DNA from: Cryomorphaceae bacterium
GTDB taxonomy: Bacteria > Bacteroidota > Bacteroidia > Flavobacteriales > Schleiferiaceae
Assembly: GCA_021298655.1 (NCBI GenBank)
Contig: JAJTFK010000002.1
Location: 3,378 to 67,377 of the forward strand
Length of the DNA stretch: 64,000 nt
Reading direction: 5' to 3'
The position numbers and the translations under genes are program-made. The first letter of the stretch is position 1; every line of letters begins with the position of its first letter. The notes beneath the pieces were generated by a model. That model ran no database searches and was not told the origin of the DNA. It saw only the letters and a list, made by a program, of their open reading frames with translations. Positions 8,114 to 16,768 of the stretch are shown here, in pieces.

Positions 8114-10294
8114 CACGACGCCCTGCTGCTCCACGGGCGAATCCCCGTAGTCAATCGTGAAAAGACTCCACGTGTAGGCTCCCTGAGGGCATTCGGCGCC
8201 GTCGTTCCCCACGCGGCCGTTCCACTCCGCCTGCGGGTCGGAACTTTGGAACACCACGTTGCCCCATCGGTCCAAAATGCGCAATCGGTAGGCCCGAATA
8301 CCCGTGGCCACGGGACGAAAGCCCTCGTTGCCGCCATCGCCGTTGGGCGTAAACGCCGTGGGCGACCACACATTGTAAATCGGATCGACCCGCACCGAGT
8401 CCACCAGCGTATCCCAGCATCCGAATTGGTTTAGTGCCAGCATCTTCACCGCGTACCACCCCGTGTCGCGGTAGGTGTGCACCACAAATGCCTGCTGCGC
8501 ATAGGTCGTGCTGTCGTCCATGTCGAACCAAAACTGCTCGTCGGCATCCACCGAGTCAGCTCGAACCTGAATCAAGGGTTGGTAAATCGTCACGCGCTGG
8601 GGCGCAATCGCCATGGCCACCTTCGGGCGCGGATTCACCCGAATGGCCCCCGGATAAACCCGTTCTACCGTGTCCCTACAGCCCGTAGCGGTCCACATGC
8701 GCACCCGAACGTCGTACAGCCCCGGAACCCGGTAGGTGTGAACGGGAACCTCGACGCTGTCGCTGAATCCGTCCCCAAAGTCCCATTCAAAAGAGCGAGT
8801 ACGCCGGCTAAATGCCCCGGCATCAAACGTCACCGTATAGGGTTCGCACCCGACCCAGGGCCCAATGAGGCTGTCGAGCCGCGGTCTCGGATCCACGATG
8901 ACCGAGTCTACATAGGTTTCGTCGCAGGACTTGGACCGAATCCGAAGCGTGACGGGGTAGGTTCCGGGCTGCGCAAACTGAATGGGCGGTGGATTCAAGC
9001 CCGAAAACACGGCGAGGTTTGCGTCGCCCGGTGCCCCAAAGGTCCAGTCAAACAAGGCTCCGTCGTACCAGGTGCCTTGAGCCACGAAGCTCACCGGCTG
9101 CTGGTCGAAGCAGGGTCCGCCGTTGTGGGTAAAACTCGGGTTAATCGGCGGGTAAATGCGAAACATGACGCGGTCGGTGTCGGCACAGGGCCAGCCGGGG
9201 TTGGCAATTAAGGTCACCCAATACACGCCGGTGTCGCTGAACGTCCAGGTCGGGAACGCCAAGCGCGACGTGTCGTCGCTCCGCCCCGGGTCGCCGAAAT
9301 CCCAACGGAACGACGACGCATTGATGCTCTGGTGCTTGAACGGCACGGTGGCTCCGATGCAGATCTGGGTCGGGTCGTCTACTTCCGAAACGATTTTGGC
9401 CACAATGTTTGCCTGGCACGAGGTCACGTTGAACTGGTAGTCGCGCCGAATGCTGTTCAGCAGCACGCCGTTGCGCCATTCTTCGACGCACACGGCAACC
9501 ACGAACTGGCCGGTAACGCTAAGGCGTCCACTCAAGACCCCGGTGGATCCGTTGATGCTCAGCGGCGGCGTTCCGGGAATCGGATTGCTCGGCGTCGAGG
9601 GGTTCAAAAAGCTAATCGGCGTGTAGGGTGGGGGTGCTGGGGGACTTGGTGCCGGTGAGGTGAATCCCGTTCCGTTGCTTTTGCCGCCGCCGTGCAGCGG
9701 GTTGCACAGGCTGTAGTGCAGGGAATCCCCGTCGGGATCGGTAGCCGAGGTGGGAATGCTCAAAAATTCTTGGTTGCAGAGCACAATGGGCGGAAGGCTG
9801 TTCCACTGCGGGCTGCTCGTGCAGGCGTCGTTGGCTGGAATCCGCGTGGTAAGGGTCGAGCCCCAGTCGTCCGGCGTCGGAATGTTGTTGATGGTGGCGT
9901 TTCGGCAGCAGCGCTGGTAGCTGATGACGTAGCCCGTGGCCCGCGGCGGAAGCGTAATGGTCGTGGTGTACACCGCGTACTCGGTACAAATGTTGGGCGG
10001 AGCCTGAAGGCAGGGATTGCCCGTGCTGGCGGGCACCGGAATCGTGGGCCCTTTGTACACCGTGAGGTTGTGCAGCAAAATCGGCTGGACGCCGTCGTAA
10101 ATGCCGATTGAGGACTCCGGGTCGAGCTGCGCGCCCGTAGAATTGCAGTCGCGGTAAACGACCAGCTTGATTTGGTACTGGTTGTTGCCCAAGCACACGT
10201 AGGTCAGCTCTCCGCCAACTAAGTGCGCAGAGTACCCGCGGATGCTCGACAGGAGCAGCGCAATTACGGCAAGGGCGGAACGCAGTCGGACCAT
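8099..10294 (-). CDS. T9SS type-B CTD cargo: signal peptide, Cys-rich N-terminal module, PKD-like repeats, sorting domain
   Basis: I moved the start to ATG 10294 (MVRLRSALAVIALLLSSIRGYSA signal peptide). PKD-like WDFGD repeats are present. The C-terminus is TAFTPNGDGGNEGF...ILDRWGNVVF...AEWNGR. Confidence 0.85.
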   Translation of the reverse strand: MVRLRSALAVIALLLSSIRGYSAHLVGGELTYVCLGNNQYQIKLVVYRDCNSTGAQLDPESSIGIYDGVQPILLHNLTVYKGPTIPVPASTGNPCLQAPPNICTEYAVYTTTITLPPRATGYVISYQRCCRNATINNIPTPDDWGSTLTTRIPANDACTSSPQWNSLPPIVLCNQEFLSIPTSATDPDGDSLHYSLCNPLHGGGKSNGTGFTSPAPSPPAPPPYTPISFLNPSTPSNPIPGTPPLSINGSTGVLSGRLSVTGQFVVAVCVEEWRNGVLLNSIRRDYQFNVTSCQANIVAKIVSEVDDPTQICIGATVPFKHQSINASSFRWDFGDPGRSDDTSRLAFPTWTFSDTGVYWVTLIANPGWPCADTDRVMFRIYPPINPSFTHNGGPCFDQQPVSFVAQGTWYDGALFDWTFGAPGDANLAVFSGLNPPPIQFAQPGTYPVTLRIRSKSCDETYVDSVIVDPRPRLDSLIGPWVGCEPYTVTFDAGAFSRRTRSFEWDFGDGFSDSVEVPVHTYRVPGLYDVRVRMWTATGCRDTVERVYPGAIRVNPRPKVAMAIAPQRVTIYQPLIQVRADSVDADEQFWFDMDDSTTYAQQAFVVHTYRDTGWYAVKMLALNQFGCWDTLVDSVRVDPIYNVWSPTAFTPNGDGGNEGFRPVATGIRAYRLRILDRWGNVVFQSSDPQAEWNGRVGNDGAECPQGAYTWSLFTIDYGDSPVEQQGVVLLIR

Positions 10295-11121
10295 TTCAAG
10301 CACAGGTATCCGTGTTCGGTAAAGTACGCCAACTCGCCGGGGTCTTCGGCGACCGCCAAGGCAAAGTCGCCGCCCCACGCGCCAAGGCTTTTGAGCGTTG
10401 CGCCAACGTTCGGGAAGCGATCCTGAATTTTCGGCTGGCCAATCCACCGGCTGGTGCGCGCCTCGGCTTCCCGAATCCCGTCAATCCAAGTTCCCACCTC
10501 CGAGGCCGCCGCAAGGCTTCTGCTTACCGCACTCATGGCTTCGAGCTCGGCCTCGCTTGGATTAGGGCGCGTTCGTTGCACCTCCAGCTGGCTGTCTTGC
10601 TTGGCCCCAAGGTACACCAGTGCGAAGTGGTCCACGGGCCAATGCGCCGCCGAAACGGCCGACCAGGCCGCGGTTTTTGCGCCCGTTTTATGGTAGGCAA
10701 TGGCGGTGCGCGCCCGAGCACAGGCGACGTCAAACCCCGAGCCCGACGAAGTGGCAAAGTGAAGCTGCATGGGGTCTACGCCGGTCCACTGCGCCATGAG
10801 GTCCGTTAGCGACGAGCTCGACCCCCAGCCCCAATTGCGGTCAAACTCCAGGTGCGTGACCGCATGCCCCGACGGCGGAACCCGTCCCCCGAGATCGAGG
10901 GCAGCGCGCAGCAGCGCCCCTACATGGGGATCCTGGAAGGCCGGCACATCGAGCCAGGCAGCACCGGTCCGGTCGTAGGCCGTCCAATGCAGCGGTTCGT
11001 TGGATTCGGTAAACTCAAGACCTTGACCAAGAACCGTGGGCACGGCCAAGGCCGTTGCGCCGTGGAGCACCCAGTATTCGCCGCAAAGCAGCAGCTTACC
11101 CGAGCTCCAGAACGAATTCAT
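10264..11121 (-). CDS. Short GHMP-family kinase, mevalonate-pathway associated
   Basis: I moved the start to ATG 11121, an ATGA overlap with the HMG-CoA reductase stop; 285 aa. Contains GKLLLCGEYWVLHGATALAVP, NWGWGSSSSLTDLM and SGSGFDVACA. Confidence 0.7.
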   Translation of the reverse strand: MNSFWSSGKLLLCGEYWVLHGATALAVPTVLGQGLEFTESNEPLHWTAYDRTGAAWLDVPAFQDPHVGALLRAALDLGGRVPPSGHAVTHLEFDRNWGWGSSSSLTDLMAQWTGVDPMQLHFATSSGSGFDVACARARTAIAYHKTGAKTAAWSAVSAAHWPVDHFALVYLGAKQDSQLEVQRTRPNPSEAELEAMSAVSRSLAAASEVGTWIDGIREAEARTSRWIGQPKIQDRFPNVGATLKSLGAWGGDFALAVAEDPGELAYFTEHGYLCLKWSDCVPPLP

Positions 11122-12470
11122 GAATGCACGCCTTCTGCGGCCGGCACGGGAATTCCGCGCAGCGAACAAAACGCGGCCACCACATCGGCATGATGCGGAA
11201 CCTTATCGGCAAAAAACGCAGTCAAATGGGCCTTCTCGGCCTCGGTCGCTTCGAGCTGATTCAGGATGTTCAGCAGGTGCATTTTCATGTGACCCTTCTG
11301 AATGCCCGTCGTCGTGAGCGCGCGGAGTGCCGCAAAATTCTGGGCCAATCCCGAAGCGGCTACAATACCCATCAATTCGTGTGCGCCGGGGTTGCCCAGC
11401 ATTTCCAGCGCGAGCTGCACCATGGGGTGAAGCTTGGTCAGTCCGCCTACCGTGCCCAACGAAAGCGGAATTTCAATCCAAAAGCTGAATTCCCCGTCGC
11501 GCACGCTGCAGTGGGTCAGCGAGCGGTATTGGCCGTCGCGCGAGGCGTAGGTGTGGCAGGCGGCCTCTACCGCCCTGAAGTCGTTGCCGGTGGCGAGTAC
11601 GACGGCGTCGATGCCGTTCATGATGCCCTTGTTGTGGGTCGCGGCCCGGTAGGGCTCCACTTCGGCGATGCGCACCGCACGCTGAAACTTGCGGGCGAAC
11701 TCGTTCACGTCGACACCCGAGCCGTCGTCGAGGTCAGCCAGCGCGCAGCGCACTTCGGAGCGCACAATGCACTCGGGGGTGTAGTTGCTCAAAATGCACA
11801 TCACCACTTCGAGGTCGCCCGAGGCGGTGCCGGCGTCGGTCGCGGCCTCCAGGCGAAGCACCTTGGCCATTTCCTCAAGACAGGAGTTGATGAAGTTTGC
11901 GCCCATGCTGTCGCGCGTCTCAAAACGCACTTCCAGCTGGAAGTAGTCGTCCATGGCCTCGCGGCGGTCCTTAAGTTCCATGCCCAAAATACCGCCTCCA
12001 CGAGCGCGCATGTTCGCCGTAATTGATTCGGTGGCGGCCAGCAGTTCGTGTTGAATGCGCGCGACCAAGGACGTCAGCGCAGCCGCATCGCCGGTGAACG
12101 TAAAGTGAATGTGGCCCACCTTGGTCGACGACCGTACGGTCGACGTAAAGCCGCCGCGGTCCATCCAAAACTGCGCGGACTTGGCTGCAGCCGCGACCAC
12201 CGAACTCTCCTCAATAGCCATAGGTACCGTGTACACTTGGCCGTTGATCAAAAAGTTGGGCGCTACGCCGAGCGGCAAAAAGTAGTTCGCCACGGTGTTT
12301 TCGATGAACTCGTCGTGGCGCTTTTGTACCGCTTCGTCGCCGTGGTTGTAGGACGCGATCAGGGCCTGTCCGGCCGCGGGATTCTTCAGGTGCTGTTCGG
12401 TAAGCCAGGCAATCTTGGCTTCTTTGCTAAGCTTCGAAAAGCCGCGAATTTGGAGGGTGCTGCGCTTCAT
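11118..12470 (-). CDS. Hydroxymethylglutaryl-CoA reductase (bacterial class II type)
   Basis: 450 aa with an ATG start. Contains VPMAIEESSVVAAAAKSA, class II-like GNDFRAVEA, and a TTGIQKGHMKMH C-terminal region. Confidence 0.9.
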   Translation of the reverse strand: MKRSTLQIRGFSKLSKEAKIAWLTEQHLKNPAAGQALIASYNHGDEAVQKRHDEFIENTVANYFLPLGVAPNFLINGQVYTVPMAIEESSVVAAAAKSAQFWMDRGGFTSTVRSSTKVGHIHFTFTGDAAALTSLVARIQHELLAATESITANMRARGGGILGMELKDRREAMDDYFQLEVRFETRDSMGANFINSCLEEMAKVLRLEAATDAGTASGDLEVVMCILSNYTPECIVRSEVRCALADLDDGSGVDVNEFARKFQRAVRIAEVEPYRAATHNKGIMNGIDAVVLATGNDFRAVEAACHTYASRDGQYRSLTHCSVRDGEFSFWIEIPLSLGTVGGLTKLHPMVQLALEMLGNPGAHELMGIVAASGLAQNFAALRALTTTGIQKGHMKMHLLNILNQLEATEAEKAHLTAFFADKVPHHADVVAAFCSLRGIPVPAAEGVHS

Positions 12471-12486
12471 AATAAGGTTCCGTCTG

Positions 12487-12494
12487 CAAAGGTA
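12487..12494 (-). promoter_or_regulatory. -7 box TACCTTTG, 16 nt upstream of the HMG-CoA reductase ATG
   Basis: TAnnTTTG on the minus strand, in the 29-nt gap between genes. Confidence 0.45.
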
Positions 12495-12499
12495 ACCCC

Positions 12500-12856
12500 T
12501 CAGCGAAGCTTCGGTTCATTCCAACGCCAGGCAAGCGCCCCAAGGGCATAGGCCAAAACATCCCAGCGGTCCGACGTGAACCTCAGGTCGGTCCGCGGTA
12601 CCGCCCATTCAAAAACAACCGCGAGAACCAGGGTAAAGACCAATGTGTGCGCCCAAGGAAGCCGCCAGCCAGGCCAGACATACTGCGCCCCGGCGCTGGG
12701 GAGTCCCAATACAACCGGTACCGTGCACAGCGGATCCAAGTAGGCGTCCAGAACGGCCGTAGAGCAGCCCAGATGAATCAGCACCTGGTGCGCCAAAAAA
12801 GCGATCAAGGCGACCGCAAAAACCGCGTTTATACGGCGACCCAGTAGGCCATCCAT
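12500..12856 (-). CDS. Small polytopic membrane protein (118 aa), function unknown
   Basis: I chose ATG 12856; the alternative ATG 12955 would lie fully inside the upstream gene. Three to four hydrophobic segments are present. I recognised no motif. Confidence 0.5.
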   Translation of the reverse strand: MDGLLGRRINAVFAVALIAFLAHQVLIHLGCSTAVLDAYLDPLCTVPVVLGLPSAGAQYVWPGWRLPWAHTLVFTLVLAVVFEWAVPRTDLRFTSDRWDVLAYALGALAWRWNEPKLR

Positions 12857-13107
12857 GCAAAAAATCCACCTACCGCGAGCACCGTCCAATTGGCGACCTT
12901 GCCCAGGTTGCTGAGGTTGCGCTTCCAACTCGACAGGTTTGGGTCGCGGTTCCATTCCATTTCAGGCATTTTAAACGCATTAAATCGTTCCGGATTTTGG
13001 CGGTTGGCAAAGGTGCTGTGGATCGTTCGGGGCTCGGAACATGTTCCGCATCGGTCCACCTCGGTGCTCCATTCGCCGCATGAGGTGCATTTGTGCTGGG
13101 TAGGCAT
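12829..13107 (-). CDS. Zinc-ribbon (CxxC...CxxC) protein with a C-terminal TM helix, function unknown
   Basis: 92 aa with ATG at 13107. Contains CTSCGEWSTEVDRCGTCS and a C-terminal WTVLAVGGFFAWMAYWVAV. It is preceded by a -7 box and overlaps the next gene by 28 nt. Confidence 0.5.
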   Translation of the reverse strand: MPTQHKCTSCGEWSTEVDRCGTCSEPRTIHSTFANRQNPERFNAFKMPEMEWNRDPNLSSWKRNLSNLGKVANWTVLAVGGFFAWMAYWVAV

Positions 13108-13111
13108 GCGG

Positions 13112-13119
13112 CAAAGTTA
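13112..13119 (-). promoter_or_regulatory. -7 box TAACTTTG, 4 nt from the ATG of the zinc-ribbon gene
   Basis: The minus strand reads TAACTTTG-CCGC-ATG. Confidence 0.45.
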
Positions 13120-13151
13120 GGTAGCCCAGCGCGATGGGGCTTTCATGGAGC

Positions 13152-13182
13152 AAAAAAAAGCCCCGCAGCATGGCTGCAGGGC
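13152..13182 (-). terminator. Rho-independent terminator after tRNA-Phe
   Basis: On the minus strand it reads GCCCTGCAGC-loop-GCTGCGGGGC (one G-U pair) followed by eight T. Confidence 0.8.
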
Positions 13183-13192
13183 TTGACGATTT

Positions 13193-13268
13193 TGGTGGTT
13201 CGGGGCGGAATCGAACCGTCGACACATGGATTTTCAGTCCATTGCTCTACCAACTGAGCTACCGAACC
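13193..13268 (-). tRNA. tRNA-Phe (anticodon GAA), CCA encoded
   Basis: I folded the cloverleaf manually. It has acceptor GGTTCGG/CCGAACC, D arm GCTC-AGTTGGTA-GAGC, anticodon arm ATGGA-CTGAAAA-TCCAT and T arm GACGG-TTCGATT-CCGCC (one A-C mismatch), then A-CCA. Confidence 0.9.
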
Positions 13269-13281
13269 AAAATCGGGAGTG

Positions 13282-13289
13282 CAAATTTA
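13282..13289 (-). promoter_or_regulatory. -7 box TAAATTTG for tRNA-Phe
   Basis: TAnnTTTG on the minus strand, 13 nt before the mature 5' end of the tRNA. Confidence 0.5.
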
Positions 13290-13305
13290 AGCAAAAATCA
13301 TGAAC

Positions 13306-13313
13306 TAACTTTG
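13306..13313 (+). promoter_or_regulatory. -7 box TAACTTTG for the coaX operon
   Basis: TAnnTTTG, 10 nt before the ATG at 13324. Confidence 0.5.
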
Positions 13314-13323
13314 ATTTATTCAA

Positions 13324-14028
13324 ATGATCGCTGTCGATGCCGGGAATACCACCATCAAAGTACTGAAATACAGTGCTTCGGGCGAAGCCGGGCCCCTACA
13401 AAAATGGCCCGCTTCGCGGTGGGAAGAGTGCGCAACCTGGCTTTCGACGCAGTCCGAACCCATTTGGATTTCCGATTCCGCCGGCCGCTCCTGGCCGCTG
13501 GGTACCGTCGTTGATTACCGCGCACCCTGGTCCTTTACCTTGGACTACACCGAGCGCGTGGGCAGCGATCGATTGGCCGGAATGGAGGGTGCCCTGGTGC
13601 GCTACCCCGGCGCGTCCATTTTAATGGTTTCCTGTGGTACCTGCCTCACGTTCAGCTACCTACATCAGGGGAAGCGGTTTCAGGGCGGAGGCATTGCCCC
13701 CGGCTGGTTGGCGCGGTTGCGGTCCATGGTGGACTACACCGGCAGCCTGCCCCCCTTGGGCGTTCCGGACGAGGCCGCATGGTCCTCGCATTCTGGAATG
13801 GATCCGCGAACAGCGTCCACCGAAGAAAGCATGCACCGCGGAAGCTTAATGGGCATGATCGATCAAGTACGGGCTGAAGTGCAGCGTTTTCAGCACCTCG
13901 ATCCCGACCTCAAACTAATCCTGCACGGCGGCGACGCGCGGGCGTTGGTGGGTCACATTAAAAACGGCATCTTTGCCGACGAAAACTGGATCGCCCTCGG
14001 CCTGTGGTCGGTCGCTACACGTTCATGA
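13324..14028 (+). CDS. coaX: Type III pantothenate kinase
   Basis: 234 aa. Contains MIAVDAGNTTIKV, GSDRLAG and GTCLTF. Confidence 0.85.
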   Translation: MIAVDAGNTTIKVLKYSASGEAGPLQKWPASRWEECATWLSTQSEPIWISDSAGRSWPLGTVVDYRAPWSFTLDYTERVGSDRLAGMEGALVRYPGASILMVSCGTCLTFSYLHQGKRFQGGGIAPGWLARLRSMVDYTGSLPPLGVPDEAAWSSHSGMDPRTASTEESMHRGSLMGMIDQVRAEVQRFQHLDPDLKLILHGGDARALVGHIKNGIFADENWIALGLWSVATRS

Positions 14029-15347
14029 GCAAAAAAACCTTTCTCACTACCGCACTCCTGGCGGCCGTCCTGTCGCTGCACGCCCAGCAACTCTCGGTGA
14101 GTCCGTACTCCCTCTTTGGTGCCGGTTGGGCCCAGCCGCAGGCGAATGCCTACCAGCAATTCCTCGGCGGCGCCAGTGCGGCAGACCGCAACCCCTGGTA
14201 CCTGAATCCCGACCAGCCTGCGTCCTTGTCGGCCATAAAGTATACCACGTTGGATTTTGGCGGTCAGTGGAGCGCCATCAACCAGAGCAACGGCGACCAA
14301 AGCCTGCTCAATCGAACGGGCGGATTTAATGCGTTCGGAATAGCCGTCCCCCTGATCAAGGGCATGGGTATTTCGGGCTCCCTCCGTCCCTACACGGTAG
14401 TGGGCTACGATTTTCAGCAGTCGGGCAAGGATTCCGCTTTTGGTGATTGGATACAGAAGTACGTCGGCCGCGGGGGACTCAGCGCCGCCGCCCTGACCTG
14501 GTCGTGGTCGCCGATTAAGTACCTGTCGGTGGGCGCCACGGCGCGCTACCTCTTCGGATCCGCCGACCGAAGCACCAAAGTCTACTTTACCGACGGCCGC
14601 TTTGATTTTGCGGGTAAGGTCGAGCGGGTTCTCGTAAGCGACTGGCGTTGGAATGCCGGTGCCCAACTCATTTTGCCCCTAGGTAGCAACGAACTGGTTG
14701 CGGGAGTGCAGTACGAACCAAGGGCCGAGCTTGCGGCCATACAGAACTACAACTGGTATAGCTTTAAAACGAACAGCGACGGGGCCGAACTGCCCTTGGA
14801 TACCATCACGGCGGTCAATGGCGCAACGGGTAATATCGCCTTTGGAGGGCGCAACGCGGTCGGGCTCCGCTGGGCCACAAACCGCAAGAATGCCCTGCTT
14901 CCTGCTTGGACGCTGAGTGGGCACTACGAGCGAACCAACGTGGGCGAGCACCGCGACTTCAATGCAGTCCAGTCCGGATTCTACCGGGGATATTCTCAAA
15001 CGTTCATTGCCCAAACGAGTGTGGTGCCCTCGCTGTTGATTACCAAGCGCAAGCTTTCGGGCTACTTCAGCCAGGTTCAGTACGTGGCGTCGTTGCGCCA
15101 CGACCGTTTCGGACTTTTTCTCGGCGGACAGGAGGTCAGGGGCTGGAGCGGCAACCTGGGTATGGCCATGCCCGTGGGCGGTCGGAGCTTCATTCCAGGG
15201 GATGTCAAAGTCGCCACGGTTCACGTTGGCCTCAATTTTGGAAGTACAGGTTCAGTTAACAATGGTTTAGTACGGGAACAATATCTTCGCGCGGCCGTTG
15301 GACTAACGTTGAATGACCAATGGTTTATGAAAGCAAAATTCCGGTAA
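14025..15347 (+). CDS. Putative outer-membrane beta-barrel protein, function unknown
   Basis: I moved the start to ATG 14025, an ATGA overlap with the coaX stop. It has the signal peptide MSKKTFLTTALLAAVLSLHAQ, an SPYSLFGAG start, and an alternating aromatic/Gly-rich strand pattern throughout. Confidence 0.6.
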   Translation: MSKKTFLTTALLAAVLSLHAQQLSVSPYSLFGAGWAQPQANAYQQFLGGASAADRNPWYLNPDQPASLSAIKYTTLDFGGQWSAINQSNGDQSLLNRTGGFNAFGIAVPLIKGMGISGSLRPYTVVGYDFQQSGKDSAFGDWIQKYVGRGGLSAAALTWSWSPIKYLSVGATARYLFGSADRSTKVYFTDGRFDFAGKVERVLVSDWRWNAGAQLILPLGSNELVAGVQYEPRAELAAIQNYNWYSFKTNSDGAELPLDTITAVNGATGNIAFGGRNAVGLRWATNRKNALLPAWTLSGHYERTNVGEHRDFNAVQSGFYRGYSQTFIAQTSVVPSLLITKRKLSGYFSQVQYVASLRHDRFGLFLGGQEVRGWSGNLGMAMPVGGRSFIPGDVKVATVHVGLNFGSTGSVNNGLVREQYLRAAVGLTLNDQWFMKAKFR

Positions 15348-16768
15348 TGATGAAACGAGTCTTAGGTCTTTTATTGGTAAGTGTACTTGGTTCGAGTACC
15401 GTCCTTGCTCAAAGCGGCAAATGGGGTAAGAATGCCACGGATTCCACCGTGTGCTTTGAGAAGTACAACACCTTTGGTGCCCTGTACAACAGCAAGTCGT
15501 ACGTAGAAGCGTACGAGCCGTGGAAGGCCGTCTACGAAACCTGCCCGCAGGCTACCGAAGTCATTTACAAGTTTGCGCCCAAGATTCTGGAGGCCAAAAT
15601 CAACCAAGCAACCGACCCCAAAGCGAAGCAGGAGTTGATTCGGTTGCTGCTGGCTACCTACGACCGCCGCAACGAGCTCTACCCGGGTAAAGAAGCTGAA
15701 ATTCTCGCTCAGAAGGCCGATGACTTTTGGACCTACTACCCCGACAGCGCCGCCAAGGCCTACGACATGTACAAAAAGGTGTTTGCCATGGACCCCAAGG
15801 CCCTGCAGCCCTCTTACCTGAATAACTACTTCAACGTGGTTATTAAACTTTACAAGGACGAAAAGCTCAATTCCTTCGGTTTGGTTGAAGGATTTAACGA
15901 CGTGTCCGAAGCCATTGAACTGCAGTCCAACGACCGCAACAAGCTCATCGCGGAGTTGACCGAGAAGGACACACTCGGCACGATTTCGGAACGCGAAAAG
16001 CGCAATTTGGACGCCAACCGCAAGCTTTTGGCCCAGTCCGAGAAGTTGCTTGGAAACATTGAAAAAGGAATCGCTCCGCTCCTTACTTGTGAGCGATTGA
16101 CCTTGATCTACAACGACTCTACCTACGCGCTGCATACCACAGATAAATCGTGGTTGTACCGCTCGGTGAAAATGCTGTCCAAGAAGCGCATTGCTGCCGA
16201 CGGTAGCAAGTCAGACTGTACCGACAACCCAATGTACTTCAAGGCCGCCTCAGCCCTTTACAAGCTGGAACCCAGTGCTCAAGCGGCCCGTTCTATGGGT
16301 CTACTCAGCGTGAAAAACGGATTGTACGCCGAGGCTAAAAAGTACTTTGAGGATGCCATCCGTCAGGATGTCGACCCCAAGAATCGTTCAGAGGACTGGT
16401 TGATTCTAGCCGTAATCGCCGAGAAGCAAGGCCAACTGGCCGAGGCCAAGCGCGCCTGCTTGGAATCTGCCCGCGCCAACCCCGAGTCGGGTGAGGCCTA
16501 CTTGTTCCTCGCTTCGGTGTACGGCAAGGCCGCTGGAACTTGTGGAAGCAATGCCTTCGAGAAGAACGCGGTGTACTGGGCGGCCATCAACATGGCCAAC
16601 CGCGCGGCTTCGGTCCAGCCCGACCTTGCTGCCCGTGCCGAGTCGTTGGCCTCTGCCTTCCGCAAGAACGTGCCCGATAAGTCGATCGCCTTCCAGTTCA
16701 ACTACAAGGAGGGAGATACGTACACGATCGGTTGTTGGATCAACGAGCGCGTAGTTGTTCGCTTCTAA
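15347..16768 (+). CDS. Secreted all-alpha/TPR-like protein, function unknown
   Basis: I moved the start to ATG 15347, a 1-nt overlap with the upstream TAA. It has the signal peptide MMKRVLGLLLVSVLGSSTVLAQ and TPR-like helices near the C-terminus (AEAKKYFEDAIRQD, AEAKRACLESARANP). Confidence 0.6.
   Translation: MMKRVLGLLLVSVLGSSTVLAQSGKWGKNATDSTVCFEKYNTFGALYNSKSYVEAYEPWKAVYETCPQATEVIYKFAPKILEAKINQATDPKAKQELIRLLLATYDRRNELYPGKEAEILAQKADDFWTYYPDSAAKAYDMYKKVFAMDPKALQPSYLNNYFNVVIKLYKDEKLNSFGLVEGFNDVSEAIELQSNDRNKLIAELTEKDTLGTISEREKRNLDANRKLLAQSEKLLGNIEKGIAPLLTCERLTLIYNDSTYALHTTDKSWLYRSVKMLSKKRIAADGSKSDCTDNPMYFKAASALYKLEPSAQAARSMGLLSVKNGLYAEAKKYFEDAIRQDVDPKNRSEDWLILAVIAEKQGQLAEAKRACLESARANPESGEAYLFLASVYGKAAGTCGSNAFEKNAVYWAAINMANRAASVQPDLAARAESLASAFRKNVPDKSIAFQFNYKEGDTYTIGCWINERVVVRF

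Noticed and set aside
10295-10447. Upstream extensions of several track ORFs (10447, 11169, 12955, 14004, 15320, 24100, 37422, 39349, 42388, 47139, 55993, 59423, 61823)
   Set aside because: On inspection most of these starts are GTG or TTG written as M, or they precede an obvious signal peptide or conserved N-terminus. I preferred the downstream ATG, often one forming an ATGA or TAATG overlap with the upstream gene. The exact starts remain unverified.
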